In this document: in pieces, positions 47,573-56,817 of the stretch
How the letters are laid out: each line of letters opens with the position of its first letter
Position numbering within the stretch: position 1 is the first letter of the stretch
Made by a program: the position numbers and the translations under genes
Assembly: GCA_965237475.1 (NCBI GenBank)
Contig: OZ250140.1
Span: forward strand, 1,763,549-1,827,548
DNA: 64,000 nt
Reading direction: 5' to 3'
Origin: Dehalococcoidia bacterium
Lineage (GTDB): Bacteria > Chloroflexota > Dehalococcoidia > Bin125
Notes under the pieces: generated by a model
What the model saw: only the letters and a program-made list of their open reading frames with translations
Told to the model about the DNA's origin: nothing
Databases searched by the model: none

Positions 47573-48391
47573 ATGAGCACGCCGATCCGAGTCCATGTCG
47601 TCGCGGGCGGATTTCCGCCGGGCAAGCACGCGGGGCATGACATCGACTACGCGCGGATGCGCATCCTGATGGCGCTGCAGTCCAACGAAGACGTGCATGC
47701 GACCATCAGCAGCGACTTCACCGACTGCCACAAGTGGATCGCCGATTGCCAGCTGCTGGTCTGCTACGTGGCGGGCCCATTCGCGGACGACCACGAGACC
47801 GGTGTGATCCGCGACTGGCTCGGCGATGGCGGCCGCTGGCTGGCGCTGCACGGCAGCACCGGCGGCAAGGCAGAGCGGATCGGCCGCGCGGACGGCCGCC
47901 GGCGGATGGCCAAGATGGACTACCACGAGGCGCTCGGCGGCTTCTTCATGACTCACCCGCCGATCCGCGAGATGGACGTCAAGGTCGCCGACCACAACCA
48001 CCCACTCACGCACAACCTGCCCGCTTCGTTCAAGGTGAAGGATGAGCCGTACATGGTCGAGGTGATCCACCCCGACACGCAGATACTGCTGACGACCGAA
48101 GACATCGAGAAGCCGCCCCTGATTGACGAGCTCTACGGCGGCGATCTCTCGCTGCTGCCCGACGGCAAGTCGCACGCGCTCGGCTTCGCGCGCAAGGTTG
48201 GCGAGGGCGAGGTCGCATACATCGCGCCGGGCCACTGCCACACCCCGCTGACCAACGGGCAGCCCGGGGTCCACGAGAGCGTTTCACCCGACGGGATCAC
48301 GCCGCTGCGCTTCCGCGGGCCGTGGGAGACCGAGCCCTACGAGCAGCTGCTCAGGAACGCGATCAATTGGGGCACGGGCGTCGATGGTTAG
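47573..48391 (+). CDS. ThuA domain-containing protein (class I glutamine amidotransferase-like)
   Basis: Start MSTPIRVHVVAGGFPPGKHAGHD, with an AAGGAGGA RBS. The ORF track begins earlier, at 47498. Confidence 0.7.
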   Translation: MSTPIRVHVVAGGFPPGKHAGHDIDYARMRILMALQSNEDVHATISSDFTDCHKWIADCQLLVCYVAGPFADDHETGVIRDWLGDGGRWLALHGSTGGKAERIGRADGRRRMAKMDYHEALGGFFMTHPPIREMDVKVADHNHPLTHNLPASFKVKDEPYMVEVIHPDTQILLTTEDIEKPPLIDELYGGDLSLLPDGKSHALGFARKVGEGEVAYIAPGHCHTPLTNGQPGVHESVSPDGITPLRFRGPWETEPYEQLLRNAINWGTGVDG

Positions 48392-48562
48392 CGATGTTCG
48401 CGCGGCAGCCGCTCGATACGAACGATTTTGACTGCGAGGAGCGGCAGCGTCCTTCTTCTGCTCGCCCCTTGAGGGGGAGCAGAGAGAACGGAAGAGCGTT
48501 CGGCGGCGGCAGATGCGGCGCCTTGAACTCCCTCCGACGGCCGTAGTGCATACTGCGCAGCG

Positions 48563-50047
48563 ATGACCACCGACGCCAACCTCGAGCATCTGGCAGAGCT
48601 GCACCGGCGGCGCGAACAGTTCTTCGCGCCCAATCCGGCCGCCGAGGAGCGCGCGCACGGCCGCGACCTGTTGACCGCCAACGAACGGATCGAGCTGCTG
48701 CTCGACCCCGGCAGCGAGTGGGCCTACGGCTACGGCCCGGGACCCTCACCGCTGCGGCTCGGCTTCGGCGAAATTCAGGGCCGTCCGGTTTCCTACAAAG
48801 CCCACGACGCCTCCGGCGGCGTGGGCGCCTACAACCTGCGCTCGCGCGTCAACATGCGCGCCATCGGCCACATCGTCGACAAGGCCTGCCTGCCGATGTT
48901 CTACCTGTTCCAGGGGGCCGGCGGTCAGATCGAGGACCACGTCATGTCCTCGGGCTTCTCGGCGGTCGGCGGCCACCAGGTGGCGTCGCGTTCCAGCGTG
49001 CCGCGACGCGGCGTGGTCTACACCGCGATTCTGGGCAACTCGTTCGCGCCCTGGGCGGCCTCGGTGGCCGACTTCTCGGTGATGACACCGCGCGCCACTG
49101 CGACGTTCGTCAGCCCCTTCATCATGGAGTTCGCGACGGGGCATCGGCCCGACCTGTACGAGATGGGCGGCGTCGACGTCCACACCAAGCTGACGGGCCA
49201 GATCTGCCGCCGCGCGGAGGACGAGGCGGAAGCGATGGAGACGCTGCGCACTTGCTTCTCCTACCTGCCCGGCCACGCCTTTGAGTCCGCGCCGCGGGTG
49301 ATGAGCGGCGACCCGCGCGAGCGCTGCGACGCCGAGTTGGGCTCGTTGGTGCCGAAGTATCCCAACCGCCCCTACGAGGTGCGCAAGATCATCGAGCGCG
49401 TCGTCGACCGCGGCAGCTTCTTCGAATGGCAGCCGGAGTTCGGCATGAACATGATCACCGGCTTCGCGCGGATGGACGGCCACACCGTCGCGATCATCGC
49501 CAATCAGCCGCGCGTGCGCGGTGGCGCGATCGATATGAACGCGCTGATCAAGGCCAAGCGGATGGTCAAAGTGGCGCGCACCTTCACGCTGCCGCTGCTC
49601 TCGTTCTGCGATACGCCGGGGATCATGACCACGCAGGAGGAAGAGCACAAAGGCCTGCTGACCGAGACCACCGTCTACGTCTCCGAACTGATGCAGACGC
49701 AGACCCCGACGGTCTGCGTGACGCTCGGGAAGGGCATCGGGATGGGCTACTTCATCATGGGATCGAGCGACCCGGAGGCGATCACGTTCGCCTGGCCGAC
49801 GACGCAGATCGCCTACCTCGGGCCCGAAGGCGGCGCAGCGGTGGTGCATCGCAGGGCGCTCGCACAGGCGGACGATCACCGCCGCATGCTCGACGAGCTG
49901 GCCGAGCCCTTCCGCCGCAACATGAACCCCTGGCGCGGCTCGCAGATGGGCGCGATCGACGACATCATCGACCCCGCAGAGACGCGGCCGCGCGTGATCG
50001 CGGCGTTCGAAGCACTGCGACGGCGCGGACGCGGAGGCAGAGCATGA
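48563..50047 (+). CDS. carboxyltransferase-domain protein (acyl-CoA carboxylase beta / decarboxylase alpha family, divergent)
   Basis: 494 aa with both N- and C-terminal ClpP/crotonase-fold carboxyltransferase halves. Confidence 0.7.
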   Translation: MTTDANLEHLAELHRRREQFFAPNPAAEERAHGRDLLTANERIELLLDPGSEWAYGYGPGPSPLRLGFGEIQGRPVSYKAHDASGGVGAYNLRSRVNMRAIGHIVDKACLPMFYLFQGAGGQIEDHVMSSGFSAVGGHQVASRSSVPRRGVVYTAILGNSFAPWAASVADFSVMTPRATATFVSPFIMEFATGHRPDLYEMGGVDVHTKLTGQICRRAEDEAEAMETLRTCFSYLPGHAFESAPRVMSGDPRERCDAELGSLVPKYPNRPYEVRKIIERVVDRGSFFEWQPEFGMNMITGFARMDGHTVAIIANQPRVRGGAIDMNALIKAKRMVKVARTFTLPLLSFCDTPGIMTTQEEEHKGLLTETTVYVSELMQTQTPTVCVTLGKGIGMGYFIMGSSDPEAITFAWPTTQIAYLGPEGGAAVVHRRALAQADDHRRMLDELAEPFRRNMNPWRGSQMGAIDDIIDPAETRPRVIAAFEALRRRGRGGRA

Positions 50048-51483
50048 CCACACGGCAATCCGTTCCGAGGCACGTCAGCCCCGAGAAGAATCTCACGATG
50101 GAGCAACGGCTCCAACGCGTCGAAGACGAGCGGGCGCATATCGCTGCGTTCGACAGCGACCGCGAGCTCAGTCGCGGCCAGCTGACGCCGCGCCAACGCA
50201 TCGCTGCACTGGTCGACGATGGCTCGTTCCTTGAGATCGGCGGCTTCGCCAAGAGCCAGCACCACGAGGTCGCGGCGGAGACGCCGGCCGACGGCGTGAT
50301 CACGGGCTATGCGGAGATCGGTGGGCGGCGGGTGATCGTGCTCGCCGAGGACCCCGTCGCGCTGGCTCGGACCGACGCGCAGGTGGGCAAGGTCAAGCGC
50401 AACCGGATGATCTCCAGCGCGATCTACCGTCGGCTGTCGCTCGTCTACATCGCCGACGGCACACCGCACGAGTCGCCGGAGTTCGACATGCACAAGGGCG
50501 TACTGCTCTCGCGCGTCGCCGAGCAGCTGCCGGCGCGCGACGTGGGCGAGCGCGAGGCGCCCTTCGTGACGATCGCCTGCGGTCTCTGCGCGGGCCAGAA
50601 CGCGTCACTGGCGGTGCGCTCCGACCTGCTGATCGCGACATCCACGGCGCGCTTCGGCGCGGAACACGGCGATTCGACTGGCGTCGCCGATCTCGTCTGC
50701 GAGGACGACGCGAGCGCGATCAGCGCCGCCCAGCGCTTTCTCGGCACGCTGCCCGAGGAGCTCGACGCGCCGCTCGAACCGCTCAGCAACGAACCGGCGC
50801 CGGCCTTGCGCAGCCTCAGCGACGAAGCGATGTCGGCGACCCCGCGCGAGCAGCTTGAAGCGATCTTCGATGACGAGGGGGCGGTGCTGATCGGCCCGAC
50901 CGATGGTGGCTGCCTGACCGGAATCGGCCGGATCGAGGGCTTCCCCGTCGCGTTCGCGCTGACCGGCGGCTCAGCGCGGCCGACGCTGAGCACCAACGAT
51001 GTCAAGCGGATCGCCCGCGTGGCCGCCTGGAGCGCCGACTTCAACGTGCCGTTCATCTCGACCCAGGACACGCTCGGCTATGACCGCGCAGACGCCGGCA
51101 GCGGCGAGTTCATGTTCGCCGTCGCGCGGGCGGTTGAAGCGCTACGCGCTTCTCACGCGGCGAAGATCACGATCATCAACGGTTGGGGCTACGCGCTGGG
51201 CGACTTCGTGCTGGGCGGCATGGGCACCGGCTTCGACCTGCTCTGGTGCTGGCCCTCGGGGCGCGTCGCGATGACCGACAGCCCCGGGTACCTCGCGCGT
51301 GACCCTGAACAGCCGCCGGCCGACGAGCCGTGGGCGGCCGCTGAGCTGGGCCTGGTCGCGGAGATGATCACGCCCGCCGAGACGCGCGGCTGGCTGGCCC
51401 GCGCGCTGCGGCTGATCGGCCCCGGCCGCGCGCTGCCCGCCGCCCACTACGACCGCGGGCAGCCGATTCACGACATGACCTGA
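50044..51483 (+). CDS. carboxyltransferase-domain protein (second, tandem)
   Basis: Start MTTRQSVPRH overlaps the upstream stop (ATGA). ...VKRNRMISSAIYRRL... The ORF track frame extends upstream to 49426. Confidence 0.7.
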   Translation: MTTRQSVPRHVSPEKNLTMEQRLQRVEDERAHIAAFDSDRELSRGQLTPRQRIAALVDDGSFLEIGGFAKSQHHEVAAETPADGVITGYAEIGGRRVIVLAEDPVALARTDAQVGKVKRNRMISSAIYRRLSLVYIADGTPHESPEFDMHKGVLLSRVAEQLPARDVGEREAPFVTIACGLCAGQNASLAVRSDLLIATSTARFGAEHGDSTGVADLVCEDDASAISAAQRFLGTLPEELDAPLEPLSNEPAPALRSLSDEAMSATPREQLEAIFDDEGAVLIGPTDGGCLTGIGRIEGFPVAFALTGGSARPTLSTNDVKRIARVAAWSADFNVPFISTQDTLGYDRADAGSGEFMFAVARAVEALRASHAAKITIINGWGYALGDFVLGGMGTGFDLLWCWPSGRVAMTDSPGYLARDPEQPPADEPWAAAELGLVAEMITPAETRGWLARALRLIGPGRALPAAHYDRGQPIHDMT

Positions 51484-51505
51484 GCCGCACGCAGGAGGCG
51501 ACAGC

Positions 51506-52255
51506 GTGGACGAGATTAGCTACGACGTTGAGGGTCAGATCGCGACGATCGGGCTCAACCGGCCCGAGAAGCTCAACGCGATGACCGACGCAATGTACCA
51601 GGCGATCGGCGCGGCGGTGCGGCGGGCCGAGGCGGATCCCGCGGTGCGCTGCATGATCATCACGGGCAGTGGTCGCGCGTTCACCTCGGGGCACGATCTC
51701 GGCGAGTTCGCCGGTCGCGAGGCCTGGCGACCGTGGCGGCCCGAGCGCTTCGACAACGGCCTGGAATGCGCCAAGCCGGTGATCGCCGCGATCCAGGGCT
51801 ACTGCCTCGCGGGCGGACTTGAGCTGGCGCTGTTCTGCGATATCCGGATCGCCGACGACACGGCGCAGTTCGGCTGCCCGGAAGTGCGTTGGGGCATTCT
51901 GCACGGCTACGGAGCGCTGCGCCTGCCCGGCCTGATCGGCGGCTCCGACGCGATGCGCCTGCTGCTGACCGGTCAGTTCATCGACGCCGCCGAGGCGCAT
52001 CGGATCGGGCTGGTCAGCGATGTCGTCGAGCCCGCAGCGCTGCTCTCGAAGGCGCGTGAGATCGCGGAGGCGATCTGCGCCAACGGGCCGACCGCGATCC
52101 GCATGACCAAGGAACTCGCCCAGCGCAGCCGCGACGCGTCGCTGGCCGACGGGCTGCGGATCTATCAGGAGTTCAGCCGCATGGCCTTCTCATCGGAGGA
52201 CGCCCGCGAAGGCCTGACCGCCTTCGCCGAGCGCCGCGACCCGCAGTACGACTGA
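51506..52255 (+). CDS. enoyl-CoA hydratase/isomerase family protein
   Basis: GLNRPEKLNAM..., ITGSGRAFTSGHDL, oxyanion hole AAIQGYCLAGGLELALFCDIRIA. Confidence 0.85.
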   Translation: MDEISYDVEGQIATIGLNRPEKLNAMTDAMYQAIGAAVRRAEADPAVRCMIITGSGRAFTSGHDLGEFAGREAWRPWRPERFDNGLECAKPVIAAIQGYCLAGGLELALFCDIRIADDTAQFGCPEVRWGILHGYGALRLPGLIGGSDAMRLLLTGQFIDAAEAHRIGLVSDVVEPAALLSKAREIAEAICANGPTAIRMTKELAQRSRDASLADGLRIYQEFSRMAFSSEDAREGLTAFAERRDPQYD

Positions 52256-52363
52256 CTGCGAACCATGGCGGCCTGGCAGCCCTGCTAAGGAAGCTCTGAA
52301 CAAGTCGGATCCCCCCTGACGACCCAATGTGTTCAGGGGCATCCGATCCCTTCCCAATGTCGC

Positions 52364-52499
52364 CCCCTGAGGGGGAGATGCCGCAGGCAGAGGGGGAGTG
52401 CGTCGCGGTCAGCCGGCGTTACCGTGCGCGGCTCGGCGTCTAATCAGCCTTCCGCCCTCCCCCTCAGTCGCTGCGCGACAGCTCCCCCTCGGGGGGAGC
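52364..52499. repeat. cluster of GC-rich palindromic (REP-like) elements with core CTCCCCCT(C/G)(A/G)GGGGGAG
   Basis: ccccctgaggggg at 52364-52376, ctccccctcag at 52457-52467 and gctccccctcggggggagc at 52481-52499. A related ctgctcgccccttgagggggagcagag occurs at 48458-48484. Confidence 0.6.
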
Positions 52500-52516
52500 C
52501 ATTGAGAGCGGGATTC

Positions 52517-52957
52517 CTAGAGCTTCAGCGGCTCGCCCTGCGCGACGGCCTGAGGGTCGGTCTTCCACACGTCGGAGCCGTCGACGTACAGCTCGACGCC
52601 GTTGCCATCGGGATCGTCGAGGTACAGCGACCGGGAGACCGTGTGGTCGATCGTTGCGTAGATCTTGACCCCGGCGGCCTCAAGTTCGTCGCGCACTTCG
52701 CGCAGCTCGTCGAGCGTGTCGCCGACGCAGAAGGCGAGGTGATACAGGCCCGGGGCCTTGGGATCCGATTTAGCGGGGCCCTCTTCGCCGACCTCGATCA
52801 AGGCGAGGTCGTGATGATTGCCGAGCGTGTAGAACGTCATCGGCATCGTCTCGTGGCGGGCGGCGAGCTTCATGCCGAGCACCCCGCCGTAGAACGCCTC
52901 GGAGCGTTCGCGATTGCTCACCTTGATCACCGCATGACCGAGTTCTCGGACCTTCAT
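52517..52957 (-). CDS. VOC family protein (glyoxalase/bleomycin-resistance/dioxygenase fold)
   Basis: Start MKVRELGHAVIKVSN. ...HLAFCV...GNGVELYVD. Confidence 0.7.
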   Translation of the reverse strand: MKVRELGHAVIKVSNRERSEAFYGGVLGMKLAARHETMPMTFYTLGNHHDLALIEVGEEGPAKSDPKAPGLYHLAFCVGDTLDELREVRDELEAAGVKIYATIDHTVSRSLYLDDPDGNGVELYVDGSDVWKTDPQAVAQGEPLKL

Positions 52958-53047
52958 CGCGCGCTCCCTCAGCACTGAGCCCCAGCTCAAGTTGGGGCGG
53001 AGAGTCAGCGCAAGTATACGACCGTCCTACAGCCTGCAGCACGAACG

Positions 53048-54616
53048 TCAGGGGCGCACGCCCATGCCGCGCTGTTCGCCGGCCATACGGGACACCGCGC
53101 GGTAGGCCAGATCGAGGAAGTCCGCGACGTATCGCCGCGTGTCGCGCGGATCGATGATGTCCTCGACGCCGAACGCCTCGGCGGTGCGGAAGGGGCTCGC
53201 GATCGCGCGGAAGCGCGCCTCGATCTCGGCCCGCCGCGCCGCCGGGTCGGGCGCGTTGGCGATCTCGCGCCGGAACGCGGCGTCGACGCCGCCCTCGATC
53301 GGGATCGAGCCCCATTCGGCGCTCGGCCAGGCGATCCGGTAGTTCGATTTGCGCGGATTGCCGGTCATGTTGCCGGCCATCCCGTAGCACTTGCGGATGT
53401 GCACGCACATCGAGGGCACGCGCAGATTCTGCGAGGTCCACAGCGCGCGCATGCCCTGGCGAATCGTGCCGCGCGCCTCCGCCTGCGCGCCGACCATGAA
53501 GCCGGGCACATCGACGAAGAACACGATCGGGATCAGGAACAGATCGCAGAGTTCGAGGAAGTGCTCGACTTTGCGCGCGCCGGCCCAGTCGAGCGCGCCG
53601 CCGAGGAAGCGGGGGTTGTTCGCGACGATCCCCATCGGCATCCCGTCGATCCGCGTCAGCGTGGTGATCACGCAGCGGCCGTAGTCCGGCTGAATCTGGA
53701 AGTGCTCTCCGTTGTCCACGACCAGCTCGATCAGCCGGTGCATCGAATACGGCCGCGCGCGGTTGCGCGGCACGATCGTGAGCAGCTCCTCCTCTTTGCG
53801 GTCGGCCGGATCGTCCGTGTGCTTGACCGGCGGCACCTCGGAGGCGCGGTCGGGCAGATAGGAGAAGACCGTGCGCAGCTGGCGCATTGCGTCGGCCTCA
53901 TCCTCCGCCTCGTTGTCGACGGAACCCGACTGGTGGACGTGGACCTGCGAGTCGCCCAGCTCTTCCTTCGTGATGTCGTGCCCGAGCGCGCGCTTGACGA
54001 CCGGCGGCCCGGCGGCAAAGAGCACTGCGGTGTCCTTGGGCATGACCGTGAAGTGGCTCAGCATCGCCTGGCCGGCGACGCCGCCGGCGACACTGCCCAA
54101 CAAGGCCGTGAGGATCGGGACGCGGTTCAGCATCAGCGCCAGCCGCGTGAACGGGGAAACCCCGTTGGGCACGTAGGTGAAGCCGCCGGAGCTGATCGCC
54201 TCGACGTTCGCGCCGGCCCCATCGAGCAGCTGAAAGACGGGCAGATCGTTCTCCGCGGCCACCTCTTCGAGGAAGCCGGTCTTGCCCTTGGTCGATCCGG
54301 AAGCGCCGGGACGGCCGGAGCCGCCGCGCACCGTGAAGTCATTGCCCCAGACAGCGACGCGCCGCCCGTCGACGCGGGCCAGGCCGGCGACGGACGGATA
54401 CGGCATGAAGCTGCTTATCTCGTCGTTCTCGTACTCCGCGTAGCCGGCCAGCTGGCCGATCTCGTGAAAGCTGCCCGGATCGACCAGCTCGTCGACGCGT
54501 TCGCGGATGGTCAGCTTCCCGCCCGCGTGCTGGCGATCGATGCGTTCCTGGCCGCCCATGAGCAAGCTGAGCTCACGGCGACGGCGCAACTCTGCTACCT
54601 CAGGTTCCCAGCTCAT
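53048..54616 (-). CDS. acyl-CoA carboxylase carboxyltransferase beta subunit (propionyl/methylmalonyl-CoA type)
   Basis: 522 aa. GGKLTIRERVDELVDPGSF..., ...GGAGANVE...; strong PccB/AccD5 colinearity. Confidence 0.85.
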   Translation of the reverse strand: MSWEPEVAELRRRRELSLLMGGQERIDRQHAGGKLTIRERVDELVDPGSFHEIGQLAGYAEYENDEISSFMPYPSVAGLARVDGRRVAVWGNDFTVRGGSGRPGASGSTKGKTGFLEEVAAENDLPVFQLLDGAGANVEAISSGGFTYVPNGVSPFTRLALMLNRVPILTALLGSVAGGVAGQAMLSHFTVMPKDTAVLFAAGPPVVKRALGHDITKEELGDSQVHVHQSGSVDNEAEDEADAMRQLRTVFSYLPDRASEVPPVKHTDDPADRKEEELLTIVPRNRARPYSMHRLIELVVDNGEHFQIQPDYGRCVITTLTRIDGMPMGIVANNPRFLGGALDWAGARKVEHFLELCDLFLIPIVFFVDVPGFMVGAQAEARGTIRQGMRALWTSQNLRVPSMCVHIRKCYGMAGNMTGNPRKSNYRIAWPSAEWGSIPIEGGVDAAFRREIANAPDPAARRAEIEARFRAIASPFRTAEAFGVEDIIDPRDTRRYVADFLDLAYRAVSRMAGEQRGMGVRP

Positions 54617-54688
54617 GAGTTCCCCCTCGTCAGGCGCACAGCGACACGGTCGGTCGCTGCAACATTGCGAAGCTGGACAGCCGGCGGG

Positions 54689-56494
54689 CTAGCTGGCCCA
54701 GCCCACATCCGCCTGTCCGAAGTGCGGCTTGCCGTCGGCGAAGTGCTCGAACTCCAGGTCCGGGTTATGCGCGTAGACGGACGAGTTGAAGTTGAGGTGG
54801 ATGTGCCACGCACGCGAGACCATTACCCGGTTCAGCTCGCGGAACGCTTCCGCTCGGGGCTCCGGGTCGAAGATCTCGGTCACCTTCTTGAAAGCGGCCT
54901 GGACCTCGGCGTCCTTGTCGCCCGGCGGCAGGATGAAGTCGTACGGGCCCTCGGCCCGACCGAGGAACGCGATCTGCTGCCAGGGGTCTGCGCGGACGCT
55001 CATGCCGGCCAGGAACGCTGCGGCCCGCAGCTCGAAGAACTCGATGTAGAAGTCGGGCGCCGGCCGTACGATGATGTTCATCTCGATGCCGAACTGGGCC
55101 AGGCTGGCCTGGACAAATTCGGAGGCCGTGACGCCTCCCACGGATGTGTTCATGTCGAACGCGAAGCCGTCAAGCATACCGGCCAGAGCCAACTCCTCAC
55201 GCACCCGATCCGGGTCGTAGTGAATCAGGATCTCGTCGGGATCGTGGATGCCGGCCAGGGCGGGGCCCAGATAACCCCAGTGATTCGCCAGGTGCAGATT
55301 CTCGTAGACCACCTCGACGTACTTGTCGCGGTCGATCGCGTAGTTGAAGGCGAGTCGCAGATGCTCATTGCCCCACGGCTCGAGGTTCGGGTTGAGGTAG
55401 ATGAAGCCCAACGAGTTCGTGCTCTTGACGCTGATCGTGTTGCCCTCGTCCTCAACTCGCCCGAGATCCTCCGCCGGCACGGCCGCCAGGAAGTCAAACT
55501 CCCCGGTCAGCAGCCCGTTCACCTGCTGGGTCGCATCGACGGCCTGGGACATGGTGAGCTTCTCGACCCGCGGGGCACCCGGCTGCCAGTATTCCGGGAA
55601 GTACTGCTGGACGTAGGGGCCGTCGATGTCCTCATCGACGTAGGTGAACGCACCGGTTCCGACCGGAGCTTCGCGGCTGTTCGGGGTGTTGATCCGATCG
55701 AACGCGCTGGGCGCCAGCAGCATCCCTGCGCGGTCGCCCAGCACGCGGAGTAACGGCGAGAACGGCCCGGTCATCTCGAATACAGCAGTCGCTTCATCGA
55801 CCGGATCGACCCGATCGATCGCGGCCAGGTCGGCCTTCACGTTCGAACCGTCGACCGTCTTGCCCCGCTCGATGTGCAGCCGCGTACTGTCGGCCGTCAG
55901 GTCGGTCATGTCGTGGTATTTGACGCCGCGGCGCAGATTGAAGACGACCCGCAGTGGGTCGGGAATCTCCCAGCTCTCGGCCAGACTGCGTGCTTCGGTG
56001 GGCTCGAGCCCGGCGTTGTAGCTGACCAGGTTGTCGAAGATCGGCCAGAGGATCTGGTGGTCGCCGCCGCCAGTCCCCGTCGTGCCTTCGAGGCCGCTGA
56101 CGTTCGTGGTGGTCGGCCAGCGCACTTCGCCGGTCGGCGGCTGGGCGGTCGAGACCGTCTCCGCTGCCTGCTGCTGCACGGCCTGCTGGTCGGCGTCTTG
56201 GTCGGCCTGCTGGTCCGCATCAGCCTGCGCAGCCTGCTGATCGGCCTGCTGCTCCGTCTGTTGTGCAGCCTGTGGGGCGGCCTGCTGCTGATCCTGCTGC
56301 TGCGCCGCCGGCTGGTCCTGCTGATCGGCCTGCTGCGCCACTTGCGCGGCGGCGGGCCCGTCATCGTCGTCATCGCCGCAACCCACCAGGGCAATGCCGG
56401 CCGCGCCGACGCCCGCACGGGCGCTGACGCTCAGCAGCGTGCGCCGCGAGAGGCGCCGCCTCGATATCCGGGTCCAATAGGTCTGCTCGCTCAT
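54689..56494 (-). CDS. ABC transporter substrate-binding protein, family 5 (peptide/nickel type), Tat signal plus lipobox, copy 1
   Basis: MSEQTYWTRISRRRLSRRTLLS...LVGCGDDDDDG, then a ~100-aa Q/A/D low-complexity tether, then the SBP_bac_5 fold. Confidence 0.8.
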   Translation of the reverse strand: MSEQTYWTRISRRRLSRRTLLSVSARAGVGAAGIALVGCGDDDDDGPAAAQVAQQADQQDQPAAQQQDQQQAAPQAAQQTEQQADQQAAQADADQQADQDADQQAVQQQAAETVSTAQPPTGEVRWPTTTNVSGLEGTTGTGGGDHQILWPIFDNLVSYNAGLEPTEARSLAESWEIPDPLRVVFNLRRGVKYHDMTDLTADSTRLHIERGKTVDGSNVKADLAAIDRVDPVDEATAVFEMTGPFSPLLRVLGDRAGMLLAPSAFDRINTPNSREAPVGTGAFTYVDEDIDGPYVQQYFPEYWQPGAPRVEKLTMSQAVDATQQVNGLLTGEFDFLAAVPAEDLGRVEDEGNTISVKSTNSLGFIYLNPNLEPWGNEHLRLAFNYAIDRDKYVEVVYENLHLANHWGYLGPALAGIHDPDEILIHYDPDRVREELALAGMLDGFAFDMNTSVGGVTASEFVQASLAQFGIEMNIIVRPAPDFYIEFFELRAAAFLAGMSVRADPWQQIAFLGRAEGPYDFILPPGDKDAEVQAAFKKVTEIFDPEPRAEAFRELNRVMVSRAWHIHLNFNSSVYAHNPDLEFEHFADGKPHFGQADVGWAS

Positions 56495-56512
56495 GTCGCT
56501 CTGCTCTCACGC

Positions 56513-56719
56513 TCATCGCTCGGCGAACGGCGACAAACCGGCCGTTCGTGCGGCGACCCTAGCGAATTTTGCGAACGCCCGCCGTCCCCGCCCGCACATC
56601 AGCCGCTGTGTCAGCTCGGACGCCACACCGCCCAACTGGCCGAACCCACGGAGGCTGCCCGGGTCGACCAGCGCGTCGACGCGTTCGCGAACGGTCAGCT
56701 TCCCGCCGCTCTGCTGCAC
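56513..56719 (-). pseudogene. truncated duplicate of the 5' end of the acyl-CoA carboxylase beta gene
   Basis: Nucleotide segment ~56610-56830 duplicates ~54440-54700 (the carboxylase start region and its leader) with an internal deletion of ~50 nt. The ORF ...GGKLTVRERVDALVDPGS... matches carboxylase residues 32-52 and then diverges. Confidence 0.5.
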
Positions 56720-56817
56720 TGTGGTACCTCAGGTTCCCAGCTCATGAGTTCCCCCTCGTCAGGCGCACAGCGACACGGTCGGTCGCTGCAACATTGCGAA
56801 GCTGGACAGCCGGCAGG

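Noticed and set aside
53399-55753. 784-aa + strand ORF spanning the acyl-CoA carboxylase and SBP genes
   Set aside because: Shadow ORF opposite two well-supported minus-strand genes, with a low-complexity R/G/D-rich translation. Similar shadows were rejected at 23314-24612 (-), 38584-39594 (+), 5265-5951 (-), 8012-8983 (-), 58003-58983 (+) and 58691-60142 (+).
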